A stretch of DNA of 64,000 bases from an uncultured Chloroflexia bacterium (GCA_963763775.1 CAVXPZ010000003.1:448001-512000), one strand, 5' to 3'; counted from the stretch's first letter, positions 43,952 to 55,528 are shown. Program-made: numbers and translations. The notes: generated from the letters alone by a model not told the origin.

Positions 43952-44719
43952 CTAGGGCAGGGCCCGGATCATGCCGCCGTCGACCGGGACGATCGCCCCG
44001 GTGACGAACGATGCGGCCGGTGAGAGCAGGAACGCCGCCACGCGGCCGAGTTCTGCCGGGTCGCCGTAGCGCCCGAGCGGGATCCGCTCGATGGTCCGGC
44101 GGGTGATCTCCTCGACCGTGACCCCGGTCGTCGCCGCCCGGTTGGCGTCCAGTTGCGCGATCCGGTCCGTCGAGAGGCGGCCCGGCGCCAGGCCGTTGAT
44201 CCGGATCGGGGCGATCTCCTCGACCATCGACTTGATGAGGCCGGCGAGACCCGGCCGGATGAGGTTCGACGTGGTCAGGCCGGGGATCGGCTCGCGGACC
44301 GAGCTCGAGAGGATCACGAGGATCGCCGGGTCGCGACCCTCGCGCAGGTGGGGGAGGGCGGCCCGCAACAGTCGCACGGCGCTCCACAGCGTGCCGTCGA
44401 TGGCGCGGGTCCAGGCGGCGTCGTCGAGGTCGTCGAATCGACCGGGCGGCGGGCCGCCGGAGTTGACCACGAGAAGGTCGAGCCCGCCGAACGCCGCCAC
44501 GCCCGCGGCGATCGCGGCAGCGGGTCCGTCCGGCGTCGAGAGGTCGGCCGGGACCGCGACCGCGTCGAGCTCCCGCGCGCGGGCGTCGAGTCGATCACTC
44601 GGTCGGGCGATGAGGCCCACACGGGCACCCTCGGCCCGCAAGGCGCCGGCGACGGCGCCGCCGAGGCCGCCGCTCCCGCCACCGACCAGGGCGCGGGCGC
44701 CCGTCAATCCCAGGTCCAT
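43952..44719 (-). CDS. SDR-family oxidoreductase
   Basis: GGSGGLG, VNSGGPPPG, atypical TSNLIR active site, PVDGG. Confidence 0.88.
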   Translation of the reverse strand: MDLGLTGARALVGGGSGGLGGAVAGALRAEGARVGLIARPSDRLDARARELDAVAVPADLSTPDGPAAAIAAGVAAFGGLDLLVVNSGGPPPGRFDDLDDAAWTRAIDGTLWSAVRLLRAALPHLREGRDPAILVILSSSVREPIPGLTTSNLIRPGLAGLIKSMVEEIAPIRINGLAPGRLSTDRIAQLDANRAATTGVTVEEITRRTIERIPLGRYGDPAELGRVAAFLLSPAASFVTGAIVPVDGGMIRALP

Positions 44720-44822
44720 CGGTCCCTCCTCATCGGACCGCGATGGTATCGGCTCGGACGATCGGGCGTCCGCCGCCGGGGCCCGATGCCGGCAGGTCCG
44801 GCTCAGGACACCGCGGACCGGA

Positions 44823-45629
44823 TCAGGACGCCGCGGATCGCCGGGACGACGCGGTCGCTCGGACCGCGGCCTGCTCGATCACCCTGATCGCGAACCAGTG
44901 CTCCTGGCCGTCGGCCGAGCGATGCCGGAAGACGTACGTGCCTTCCGGCCACACCGCCGAGCGGGAACCCAACGGCCGACGAGGGGCCACGTACATCGCG
45001 CCGAGCGGTGACGCGGCGCCGACGGGGCGGCTGCGGACCATCAGCTGCGGTCTCGTGCCGGTCTCGCTCCGTCGCCAGACATCGAGGGTCGCCGCCTGCG
45101 CCGACGCCGACCCGTCACCCGGCGGGGCGCACCAACCGATCTGGAGGACGCGTTCCGAGGCGACGCGGATCACCGGGATCGTGGGGTCGTCGGGCCCGGT
45201 CGCCGAGGTGGCCGGTTCGAGGGCGCGCCAGACCCGGACGGTCTGGTCCTGCCAGGTCTCGACCGAGGCGACGAGCCAGGTGCCTCGCTCGAGGCAGAAC
45301 GCGTCGACTGCGGCGGCCGGATCGGGTGATCCCGTCGGGGACGAGCCGGAGCTGGGCCTCGCGCCCTCCAGACCGGAGCCGGACGTCGCCGGCGTTGCGG
45401 GCGTCGCCGACGGCTCCGTGATCGCGGCGCCGCCTCCAGCCTCGTCGCCGGCCGTCGGGGCCGGACCGCTCAGTGCCCACGGCTTCACGATGACGACGAC
45501 GAGGACGATGGCCACCACGGCCGCCCAACGGCCGAGATGAGGGTGGTCCGGGGTCAGGGCGACCGGTTCGAAGACCCCGTCCGCTGGCGGGCGTCGTGGC
45601 GGGTCTGGCGAACGACCGGGGTCGTCCAT
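44823..45629 (-). CDS. Hypothetical membrane-anchored protein
   Basis: One N-terminal TM (VVAIVLVVVIVKPW), S/T/P linker, globular C-terminal part. Confidence 0.6.
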   Translation of the reverse strand: MDDPGRSPDPPRRPPADGVFEPVALTPDHPHLGRWAAVVAIVLVVVIVKPWALSGPAPTAGDEAGGGAAITEPSATPATPATSGSGLEGARPSSGSSPTGSPDPAAAVDAFCLERGTWLVASVETWQDQTVRVWRALEPATSATGPDDPTIPVIRVASERVLQIGWCAPPGDGSASAQAATLDVWRRSETGTRPQLMVRSRPVGAASPLGAMYVAPRRPLGSRSAVWPEGTYVFRHRSADGQEHWFAIRVIEQAAVRATASSRRSAAS

Positions 45630-45641
45630 GCCGACCTGGGC

Positions 45642-46396
<755 letters not shown>

Positions 46397-46400
<4 letters not shown>

Positions 46401-47401
46401 ACCGCCGGCGCTCCGAGATAGGCCTCGATGACCTTGGGATCGCGCCGGACCTCTTCCGGCGTGCCCTCGGCGATCTTCTCGCCGTGGTCGAGGACGGTGA
46501 CCCGGTCGCTGATGCCCATGACCACCCGCATGTCATGCTCGATGAGGAGCACGGTCAGCCCGAGGTCGCGCCGCAGGCGGCCGATCAGGGCCGTCAGCTC
46601 CTGCGTCTCCTTCGGGTTCATGCCAGCGGTGGGCTCGTCGAGCAGCAGGAGGGTCGGGTCTGACCCGAGGGCTCGGGCGATCTCGAGCCGCCGCTGGTCG
46701 CCGTACGGCAGGTTCTTGGCCAGCTGGTCGCCCTCGCCCTTCAGGCCGACGAGTTCCAGCAGCTCTCCGGCGCGGATCCGCGAGCTCACTTCCTCGTGCC
46801 GGTCGCGCGGGGTGGAGAACATGGCGTCGATCCAGCTCGCCTTGAGGCGAGCGTGCATCCCGACGAGGACGTTCTCCTCGGCCGTCATGTTCGGGAACAG
46901 CCGGATGTTCTGGAAGGTCCGGCCGAGTCCGGCCACCACCATGTCGTTCGGGCGGGCGCTATGGAAGATCCCGAACCGCCTGAGGAACCGCTCGTACCGC
47001 GGCGATCGGGCGACCCCGGTGACCAGGATGATGAGCAGCAGGCCCACGGCCACGAAGATCCCCAGGATGACCGTGCCCTCCTTGGCGCCGGCGATCGCGA
47101 GGAGGGCTGTGATGAGGCCGGCGATCCCCGGGATCAGCAGCCAGATGAGCGGCTCCATCCAGACGCGCTTCGACCGGGCGATCATCGTGGTGCCGTGGAA
47201 ATCGATCTTGCCGGCGGTGGGGTCGTAGATCCCCGCGATGATGTTGAAGAACGTCGTCTTCCCGGCGCCGTTCGGCCCGATCAGGCTGACGATCGACTGC
47301 TTGGGGATCGTGAAGTCGACGCTGTTGACGGCGACGAGGCCGCCGAACCGCTTGGTGACCTTGTCGGCGTGCAGGATGTCCTCGGGCGCTTCGGTCGTCA
47401 T
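46397..47401 (-). CDS. livG: Branched-chain amino acid ABC ATPase LivG with hydrophobic insertion
   Basis: GPNGAGKTT, RTFQNIRLF, LPYGDQRRLEIARA, IEHDM. Confidence 0.92.
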
Positions 47402-48663
47402 CGTGTCCCCTCACCCGAGTCTTCGCCGAACAGTTCCTCGGCGCCGGGGGTCTCCCCGAGCGCACCCGCGATGCCGGGTTCGGACTCGATGTCCTCGCCG
47501 AAGTCCTGCGCGAACTCGTCGGCGACGTGCAGCTCGCGTCGGCGCCGCTGGCTCGGGAAGAGGCCCTCGGGTCGGAACAGCATCATCAGCACGAGCGCGA
47601 CGCCGTAGAGCAGGAACTGGTAGTCGAGGAAGTTGATCTTGGCCAGGTCGATGTGCAGGTTGATGAGCGGCACGTCGAACGGCGGGAGGTGGAGGAACTC
47701 CTTGACGGTGTTGAGCTGCTTGAGGAACACGGCCTGGATCATGTACACGATGAAGGCGCCGGCGGCGACGCCCCAGATGTTGCCCATGCCGCCGAGGATG
47801 ACCATCGCGAGGACCGTGAACGACACCGTGAAGTAGAACTGGTCCGGCGAGACGATCGTGAGCTTCGAGGCGTTGAACACGCCCGCCAGGCCGGCGGTGG
47901 TCGCCCCCAGGGCGAACGCGAGGAGCTTCGTGGTGACGGTGTTGATGCCGTTCGCCGCCGCGGCGAGCTCGTCCTCGCGGATGGCGTTCCAGGCGCGGCC
48001 CACCCGCGAATCCTGCAACCGATACAGCAGGGCCATGGCGATCGTGATGATGAACGCCATCAGGATGAAGTACGCGAACGGCGTCAGCGCCGAGAACGTG
48101 CCGAGGAACGGCAGGGGCTCGGGACGGAAGATGCCGCCGATGCCGTTCGTGCCCTCGGTCCAGTTCTCGAGGTTCAGGAACACGATCGGGACGATCTCGC
48201 CGAACCCGAGGGTCATGATCGCGAGGTAGTCGCCGCGGAGGCGCAGCGTCGGCGCACCGAGCGCGATGCCGAAGACGGCCGCGACCCCGGCGCCGACCAC
48301 GAGCATGGGCAGGAACGGCAGGTCCATGTGCGAGTACGGCGAGTTCGAGTAGGCGTACGTGTACGCGCCGATGGCGAAGAACGCCGCGTAGCCGAGGTCG
48401 AGCAGGCCGGCGAGGCCGACGACGACGTTGAGTCCCATCGCCAGGAGCACGAACACGCCCGCGTTCGCGAACGAGTCGTACCAGGGTTGCGGGGCCTGGA
48501 GGAAGCTCAGGGGCGCGACCTGGGGCAGGAAGGCGAGCAGCGTCGTCGCGATCGCCATGCAGACGATGATCGTGGACGACCGATGGTGATCGGCGAAGTC
48601 GCTGATGCGGCCCTTCATCGACGGCGCGGCCGGGGCGGGCTGGGTCGTGGATGCGGCGGTCAT
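47398..48663 (-). CDS. livM: Branched-chain amino acid ABC permease LivM
   Basis: GLAGLLDLGYAAFFAIGAY, LRLRGDYLAIMTLGFGEI; ATG 48663. Confidence 0.92.
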   Translation of the reverse strand: MTAASTTQPAPAAPSMKGRISDFADHHRSSTIIVCMAIATTLLAFLPQVAPLSFLQAPQPWYDSFANAGVFVLLAMGLNVVVGLAGLLDLGYAAFFAIGAYTYAYSNSPYSHMDLPFLPMLVVGAGVAAVFGIALGAPTLRLRGDYLAIMTLGFGEIVPIVFLNLENWTEGTNGIGGIFRPEPLPFLGTFSALTPFAYFILMAFIITIAMALLYRLQDSRVGRAWNAIREDELAAAANGINTVTTKLLAFALGATTAGLAGVFNASKLTIVSPDQFYFTVSFTVLAMVILGGMGNIWGVAAGAFIVYMIQAVFLKQLNTVKEFLHLPPFDVPLINLHIDLAKINFLDYQFLLYGVALVLMMLFRPEGLFPSQRRRRELHVADEFAQDFGEDIESEPGIAGALGETPGAEELFGEDSGEGTR

Positions 48664-49731
48664 GCTCGGTCTCCGGACGCCTGGCCGAGGATGCCGGTCG
48701 GCTTGAAGATCAGGACGAAGGTCAGGATCAGGAAGACGAGGAACTCGGACCAGCGCGAGTAGCCCAGGGCCGAGGCGGCGTTCTCGATGAACCCGATGAC
48801 GAAGCCGCCGAGCACGGCGCCGGTGATGTTCCCGATGCCGCCCAGGACGGCCGCGGTGAACGCCTTGAGGCCGGCGTTGAACCCGAGGTCGAACCGGACA
48901 TAGCCGAACCGCAGACCCCACACGACGCCGGCGGCGGCCGCGAGGGCGCCGCCGAGGAGGAACGTGAGGGAGATCGTCTGGTTCATGTCGACGCCCATGA
49001 GGGCGGACGCCTCGCGATCCTGCGCGGTGGCGCGCATCGCGCGTCCCATGCGTGTTCGCGTGATGAACAGCTGCAGGGCGGTCATCAGGACCATCGCGAG
49101 CGTGAAGATGAAGATCGACAGGACCGAGATCGACGGCCTGGCCGATGTGGATCTGCCAGCTCAGCGGGAAGATCTGCGGGGCCGAGCGGTCGCCGGAGCC
49201 GGCAAGGATGAGGGCGACGTTCTGCAGGATGAACGACACCCCGATGGCGGTGATCAGCGGCGCGAGCCGTGGCGCGTTCCGCAACGGCCGGTAGACGGAC
49301 CGTTCGATCGCCACGTTCAGCAGGCCGATGATCGGCATCGTGAAGGCGAGGGCACCCAGGAGCAGGAGCGTCAGCGGGAGCACCTGCTCGACCGCGCCGG
49401 TCTGTCCCATGATGCCGCCGAGGAAGACGACCGAGAGGAACGCCCCCAGCATGAAGATGTCGCCGTGGGCGAAGTTGATCAGCTCGATGATCCCGTAGAC
49501 CATCGTATAGCCGAGGGCGATCAGGGCGTAGATGGCCCCGATCGAGAGAGCGTTCACGGTCTGCTGGAGTGCGACCGGGAAGCCGGTGTCGAGTGGCAGC
49601 CCCACCACAAGGTAGAGCAGCAGCCACAGGATGATGCAGTACCCGGCGATGGCCACGATGGCCAGCCCGACGACGCGGAGCGTCCTCGAGAGCAATCCGG
49701 TGGTGGCGACCGGGGAGGCGATGGCTGTCAC
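48660..49731 (-). CDS. livH: Branched-chain amino acid ABC permease LivH (frameshift near 49135)
   Basis: YALIALGYTMVYGIIELINFAHG; C-part in ORF 48660..49094 (GLKAFTAAVLGGIG). Confidence 0.9.
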
Positions 49732-49780
49732 GGTTCGGACCTCAGGGACGGGGACCCAGGCCTGAAGCGGTGATAGAGAG

Positions 49781-49809
49781 CGGCCGGGGACCCGTTGGAT
49801 CCCCGGCCG
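49781..49809. terminator. Stem-loop after the substrate-binding protein gene
   Basis: CGGCCGGGGA / TCCCCGGCCG 10-bp stem between livK and livH. Confidence 0.65.
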
Positions 49810-49824
49810 TTCAAGAACGGTCGA

Positions 49825-51147
49825 TTACGACGGCTTGTTCGCGTCGACCTGCGTGCCGAACTTCCAGTCACCCTTGCCGCTGGCGCCGGTGGCGTCATAG
49901 GTGTAGATCGAGACGATCTTCTGGTTCGTGTCCCCGTTCGCGTCGAACTGGACCGGACCGACGATCGTCTGATGGGTGGTGGTCGAGTCGGTGCCCGCGG
50001 CGCGGACAGCCTCGCGAAGGGCGGCCATGTCGGCCGGGTTGGTCGCGCCCGCGGCGTTGATCGCATCGATGACGATCTGCGCGCACGCGAAGCCCTGGCC
50101 GGCGTAGCCGGTGGCGTCGATCCCGTACTCAGCCTTGTAGTCGGCGTCGAACTTTTCCTTCCCATCGAAGGTGCCCGGGCCGGCCAGCGTGCTGTACGAG
50201 TTCTTGGCCGCAGCAGCGGCGAGGTTCAGGAACGAGTCCTTCGTCGCGCCGGAGCCGTCGTTGATGCCGTCAGGACCGACGTACGGGACATCGCCGAGGC
50301 CGACCTGCTGGGCAGCCAGGAGGATGCGCGCGCCGCCGGTGGCCGTGACGCCACCGAAGTAGATCGACTCGGGATTGAGCGCCTTGGCGGCGGTCATGAT
50401 CGAGACGTAGTCCTGCGTGGTCTTGGGGGCCGCGTCGTGCTTGACGACGGTGCCGCCGAGCTTCTTGAACTCGCCCTCGAAGGCATCGGCGACGCCCTTA
50501 CCGAAGGTCTCGGTGTCGTCGATGATGTAGACGGACTTCTTGCCGAGCTCGTTGTAGATGTACTGCGCCGCGGCCGGACCCTGGATGTTGTCCGTGGTGA
50601 CGACGCGGATGTAGTTGTTCGGCTTGCCCGACGGGCGAAGCTGCTTGGCCGGATCGCCCTGGGTCAGGTCCGGGTTCGTGTTGGCCGGCGAGCACTGAAG
50701 CAGGCCGCCCTCGTTCGAGATCGGGATCTGCGCCTTGGCGACGCTCGAGTTGAGCGGGCCGATGACCGCGATGGTGTCCCCATCGGACACGATCTTGGTC
50801 ATGTTGGCGGCACCGGTCTGCGGGTCATGCGCGCCGTTGAGGGCATCGTCGTAGATCGACGAGTCCGGCACGGTCAGCGCATAGCCACCGGCAGCGCCAC
50901 CGGCCTGCTTGATGGCGAGCTTGATGCCGTTGATGATCGGGTCCGACGCCGCCTTCTCGCTACCCTGGAGCGGGAGCTCGATCGCGATCTTCGCCGTGCC
51001 CTTGCTGGTGTCGCCAGCGGGTGCGGCACTCGAGCCGCTCCCAGAACTGGCCGCCGCGCTCGGTGCGGCGCTGCCGCCCGAGCTGCTGCACGCCGCGAAC
51101 GCCAGAATGCTGACGGCCGCGAGCGCACCGATCCTGTGCAGTTTCAT
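49825..51147 (-). CDS. Branched-chain amino acid ABC substrate-binding lipoprotein (LivK/LivJ-like)
   Basis: Lipobox FAAC, IGPLNSSV, SPANTNPDLT. Confidence 0.92.
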   Translation of the reverse strand: MKLHRIGALAAVSILAFAACSSSGGSAAPSAAASSGSGSSAAPAGDTSKGTAKIAIELPLQGSEKAASDPIINGIKLAIKQAGGAAGGYALTVPDSSIYDDALNGAHDPQTGAANMTKIVSDGDTIAVIGPLNSSVAKAQIPISNEGGLLQCSPANTNPDLTQGDPAKQLRPSGKPNNYIRVVTTDNIQGPAAAQYIYNELGKKSVYIIDDTETFGKGVADAFEGEFKKLGGTVVKHDAAPKTTQDYVSIMTAAKALNPESIYFGGVTATGGARILLAAQQVGLGDVPYVGPDGINDGSGATKDSFLNLAAAAAKNSYSTLAGPGTFDGKEKFDADYKAEYGIDATGYAGQGFACAQIVIDAINAAGATNPADMAALREAVRAAGTDSTTTHQTIVGPVQFDANGDTNQKIVSIYTYDATGASGKGDWKFGTQVDANKPS

Positions 51148-51342
51148 CCAGACTCCTCCAAATCACCGGTCGTAACCGACCTGCCGGCGGCCCGAAGCCG
51201 AACCGCAGCGGCCTCCCGTGGCCCTCCCCTGTTCGCCGTTCCGCTCCCTGATCGGGTGGCGAGACGGGGACAGATGCCAGACGGGTGGTGGCTGCTAGCC
51301 CGCATCCGGGCGGCGCGCAGGTGGCCGCCGAAGCGATGCCGT

Positions 51343-51370
51343 ATCATAGCCACCGGCGTACCGATTGCAA
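51343..51370 (-). promoter_or_regulatory. Possible liv promoter TTGCAA-N16-TATGAT
   Basis: Hexamers at 51365-51370 and 51343-51348; the -35 sits in the palindrome ATTGCAAT. Confidence 0.45.
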
Positions 51371-51512
51371 TACCGGTCGGCCGCACCCGTCAGCCCGTGC
51401 CGAGCGCCCATCGCTCGCCGCCGACGAGGGGAGCGCCAGCCCGGTACGACCTCACGGTCGAGCCCCGGTCGGGGGCGACGGTCGCCGAAACCCTGCGAGG
51501 AACGCATCCGGC

Positions 51513-51977
51513 GTGGAGTACCAGGTCCGAGCGGCCCGTGTCACGGATATCGAGCGGCTCGTCGCGTTGAGCGACGATGCCCTCGGTGCTGCCCGTGCCG
51601 ACAGCCCGCTCGTCGCCGCGGACCTCATGCGCCAGCTCGTGTACCTGCCGCAGGCCAGCATCGTCGTCGCGGAGACGCAACGCGTGGTGGTCGGTGGCGG
51701 TGTCCTCGCGCTTCGTCCGTCGGTCCGCTCCGGCGGATATGTCGGGACGATCGATCTCCTGGTCATCGACCCGGACCATGACGCTGACCGGATCACGGAG
51801 GTCCTCCTCGAGGAGCTCCTGCGTTCCGCCAGCAACAAGGGCTGCACCGTCGTGGAGACGGCCAGGCCCGAAGATCACGCGGCTCTGGCCCGCCTTCAGG
51901 GGATGGGCTTCGGCGAGGCTGGACCGCGCCTCCAACGAATCGTGGCCGCGGCAGGAGCTGCCGCGCGTCGCGCCTGA
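51513..51977 (+). CDS. GNAT-fold protein (degenerate acetyl-CoA motif)
   Basis: VRAARVTDIERL, IDLLVIDPDH, LLRSASNKGC, LQGMGF. Confidence 0.65.
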   Translation: MEYQVRAARVTDIERLVALSDDALGAARADSPLVAADLMRQLVYLPQASIVVAETQRVVVGGGVLALRPSVRSGGYVGTIDLLVIDPDHDADRITEVLLEELLRSASNKGCTVVETARPEDHAALARLQGMGFGEAGPRLQRIVAAAGAAARRA

Positions 51978-52041
51978 TGATCACCACCGCCGTGCTGCGC
52001 GATCGCGCCGGCGGGGTGACCCCCTAGACCAAGGAGTCACT

Positions 52042-53920
52042 GTGGGCAAGAACGTCGCCGTCTTCGTGGACGTCGCGAACATCTTCTATGCGGCCAAGGC
52101 GGCCGGGGTGGACATCGACTACGTCACCCTGCTGAAGTCCGCCACGGCTGGCCGTGACCTCGTCCGGGCGTACGCCTACACCGGGCTGGACCCCGACAAC
52201 GAGAACCAGCGCAATTTCCACGACTTCCTGCGCCGGAGCAACTACAAGGTCGTCAGCAAGGACATCCGCAAGTACGGCGACGGCAAGGTCAAGGCGAACC
52301 TCGACATCGAGCTGGTCGTCGACATGATGAAGACGGCTCGGAACCTCGACATCGCGATCGTCGTGTCCGGCGACGGGGACTTCGCCCCGGCGATCCGCGC
52401 CGTCCAGGAGATGGGCGTCCGCTGCGAGGTCATCAGCTTCCGCGGCAACACCAGCTCCGACCTGATCGAGGTCGCGGACCTCTTCACCGACATCATCCAG
52501 CTCGCCCGCGTCGAGAAGGGCTCGCGATCGGGCCGCCGCGTCTCCGACGACGATGCGGACCTGTCGATGACCGAGGTGCCCGACAAGCAGACCGAGGGGA
52601 CCGGTGCGGGCCGCGGCCGAGGTCGTGGCCGTGGCCGCGGCCGGACGGAAGCGGAACCCGTGGCCGCGTCCGCGGGTCGAGGCCGCGATCGAGGGCGAGC
52701 CGTCGCCCGGCCGGCGGCGGCTGCTGCTGCCGCATCGGGCGGGACCGTCGTCGCCATGCCCGGGGAGCGCCTGTCGCGAGCCGGCGGCCTGACGGAAGCC
52801 GATCTCGCCGCTGCCGAAGTGTTCACCCTCGACGATCTCGAGGTCACGAGTGCCGATGACGGCACCGCGGCTGACGCCGACGTCGAGCTCGATGCCGACG
52901 GCACCCCGCGTCGCCGACGCCGTCGCGGTGGTCGCGGCCGTGGTCGCGGCCGTGGTCGCGGCGAAGGCGAGTTCGCGGAGAGCGCTCCGGCCTCGGAGGC
53001 CGGCGCCGTCGAGAGCACGAACGGCGCCGCGCCGGTCGAGTTCGACGAGGACGAGGACGACGAGGACATCGAGGTGGTCGAGACCGCGCCCAAGGGGCCG
53101 CGAACGACCCCGTTCGGCTCGGTCTGGGACTCCCAGCTCGGGACGCCCGCTCCGCGCAGCGCCGCACCGCTCCCGCCGATCACGGACGACGAGGACTTCG
53201 ACGAGCCGGAGATCCCGGAGTACCTCATCGCGGAGCAGCGTCGCGGCAACAGCGGCGGCAACGCCGGTCGCGGTGGCAGCCGTGGCGGCCCTCGTGGCGG
53301 CCGGGCCGCCTACCAGTCCGCGGTGTCGCGCGAGCGGTACGGCGGTCGTGGCGGCGGCGGTGGGATCAACCGGTACCCCGACGTGAGCGGCCGGACGGCC
53401 GCGCCACGCGAGGACCGTTCCTATGACCGTGGGGATCGCCCCGCCGCCAGTCCCGCGCCGCGTCGCAGCAGCGGGGAGTGGAGCGAGGTCCCGCCGGAGC
53501 TCGAAGCCCAGCTTCGGGCCCAGATCGCGCAGAAGCCGGCCGGCCGGTCCGCGCCGGAGCCCGTCGCCGAGCCGGAGGCCGCGGCTGCGGTGTCCGCGAC
53601 CGACGACCGGCGCCGAGGCCGCCGCGCCGAAGCGCCGGACCACCCGGAAGCCGGCGGCTTCGGCCGACGCTCCCGCGGACGGTGCCGCGGACACGACCGA
53701 GACGGCGGCGCCGAAGCGCCGGACCACCACCCGGAAGCCGGCGGCATCGGCCGCCTCGGCCGCTGGGTCCGCGACCGACGACGCCGTCAAGGCGGCGCCG
53801 AAGCCTCGGACCACCCGCAAGGCGGCGGCCTCGGCCGACGCTCCCGCGGACGGTTCGGCCGACGCGACCGAGACGGCGGCGCCGAAGCGCCGGACCACCC
53901 GCAAGACCACCGCTTCCTGA
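52042..53920 (+). CDS. NYN (LabA/DUF88) nuclease with long disordered C-terminal region (frameshift near 53610)
   Basis: VAVFVDVANI, KANLDIELVVD, VSGDGDFAP, LIEVAD; AAGGAG SD; tail ends in ORF 53423..53920. Confidence 0.88.
53621..53917 (+). repeat. Coding tandem repeat of 84-87 bp (about 3.5 copies)
   Basis: Units start at 53621, 53705, 53792 and 53876; encode AAPKRRTTRKPAASADAPADG... Confidence 0.85.
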
Positions 53921-53928
53921 GCGACGCC

Positions 53929-55189
53929 GTGGATGGGGCCCGGACCCGGGGTCACGCGTCGGCGCTCGTCGCCATCGGCGCGATGCTCCGGTCCGGGGCG
54001 CCGCACGCGGTACTGCTCAGTGGGCCGTCGGGGATCGGCAAGACGACCCTCGCCCTCGACCTGGCGGCCGGTCTGCTCTGCCAGGATCCGGACGTGGCCG
54101 CTCGGCCGTGCCGGGACTGCCGCGGCTGCCGCCTGGTCGCTGCCGGGTCCCACCCGGACCTGCACTGGCTCCGGCCGACCGGGGCGGGTGGCCAGGTCAT
54201 CGTCGGGAAGCCGGAAGACGTGCCCGACACGCCCCCTCGCGGCGTCCGCCATCTGCTGCACGACCTGTCCCGACTGCCGCTCGAGGGCGGGCAGCGCGTG
54301 GCCATCGTCGAATCGGCGCACCGCATGGCCGACCCCGCGCAGGGCGCCCTGCTCAAGACGCTCGAGGAGCCGCCGGCCGGGGTCACGATCATCCTCTGCG
54401 CCGACGAGGAGGCGATGCTCCTGCCGACCATCCGGTCACGGTGTGCCCGGATCCGTCTTGGGCCGGTCGGGCCGCGCGACATCGAGGCGATCCTCGCCGA
54501 TCAGGGGGTCGACGACGCGCCTCTGGCCGCGCGCCTGGCGCGACTCGCGGCCGGACGGCCGGGCCTGGCCCTCGCCTGGGCGAGGGCGCCCGAGGCGCTG
54601 CGCCTTCGCGGTGAGCTCGCCCGGACCCTGCTCGACCTGCTCGACCGCGGTCCCGCGGCCCGCCTGACCGCCATGCGGGAGGCGATCCCCATCGCCATGA
54701 AGCTCGTGGCGGGCCTCGATGCCGGGTCCGCGGCGGCGACGGCGGACGCCGGGGGCGCGGCCAAAGCCGGACCCAAGGGGCGACGCCGACCGGCCTCGGG
54801 TGCGGCCGCGTCCGTCGACACCGACACCGGCGCCACGGCGCCGATCGCTGACGCGGACGGCGACGACCCTGAAGCGGTGGACGCGGACGCTCCGGTGAAG
54901 GCGGCGCCGGTGTCCCAGCGGCGCCGCGCGGCGGAGGTCATCGTGACCATCTGGATCGATATCGCGCGCGATCTCGCCCTCGCCCAGGTCGGGGCCACCC
55001 GGTCCGTCCACGACCCGGCGCTCCTCGAGGAGACGACACGGGCCGCGGCCGGGCTGGCCCCGGGCGCGGCCGCGACCGCACTCGGCGAGCCTCGAACAGG
55101 GGGCCAATCTCATCGCATCGAACCTGTCACCGGAGCTGGTCCTCGACGACCTCGCGATGCGCTGGCCGCACCGCCGCGCGGCCGCCTGA
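53929..55189 (+). CDS. holB: DNA polymerase III delta' subunit (frameshift near 55090)
   Basis: HAVLLSGPSGIGK, C..PCRDCRGC, HPDL, ALLKTLEEPP, LLPTIRSRC, NLSPELVLDDL. Confidence 0.88.
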
Positions 55190-55210
55190 TGACCGAGCGC
55201 GGGGGGCTCG

Positions 55211-55528
55211 ATGCGGCCGCGGACGAGGCGACCGATCCCGGCGCGCGTCGAGGCCGTGGTGCGGGGGGTCGTGCAAGGGGTCGGTTACCGATACTTCGCG
55301 TGGCGTGAAGCGATGGACCTCGACCTGCGGGGCTGGGTCTCGAACGAGGCCGACGGGTCCGTCCGCTGCCTTGCGGAAGGACGGCGGGCCGACCTCGACA
55401 CCTTCGTCGAGCGCCTCCGGGCCGGTCCGCCGGCGGCCCTCGTGGAGCGTGTCGACGTCCGCTGGATGCCGCCGACCGGTGGCCTCGGCCCGTTCGCGGT
55501 CCGCAGCGGCGCCCATCGGGGCGACTGA
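55211..55528 (+). CDS. acyP: Acylphosphatase (true start may be ATG 55189 with an indel)
   Basis: VRGVVQGVGYR, GWVSNEADGSV, AEG, GPPAALV. Confidence 0.88.
   Translation: MRPRTRRPIPARVEAVVRGVVQGVGYRYFAWREAMDLDLRGWVSNEADGSVRCLAEGRRADLDTFVERLRAGPPAALVERVDVRWMPPTGGLGPFAVRSGAHRGD

Noticed and set aside
47398-49731. 777-aa LivH-LivM fusion
   Set aside because: Indel near 49135; the LivH C-terminus is in ORF 48660..49094 with an ATGA overlap to livM.
53621-53917. CRISPR array
   Set aside because: The repeats are degenerate, in-frame and codon-multiple, the spacers resemble each other, and there are no cas genes.
51577-55308. 1243-aa NYN-HolB fusion
   Set aside because: An indel near 53610 moves the repeat tail out of frame. 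The corrected NYN protein stops at 53920 and holB starts separately.
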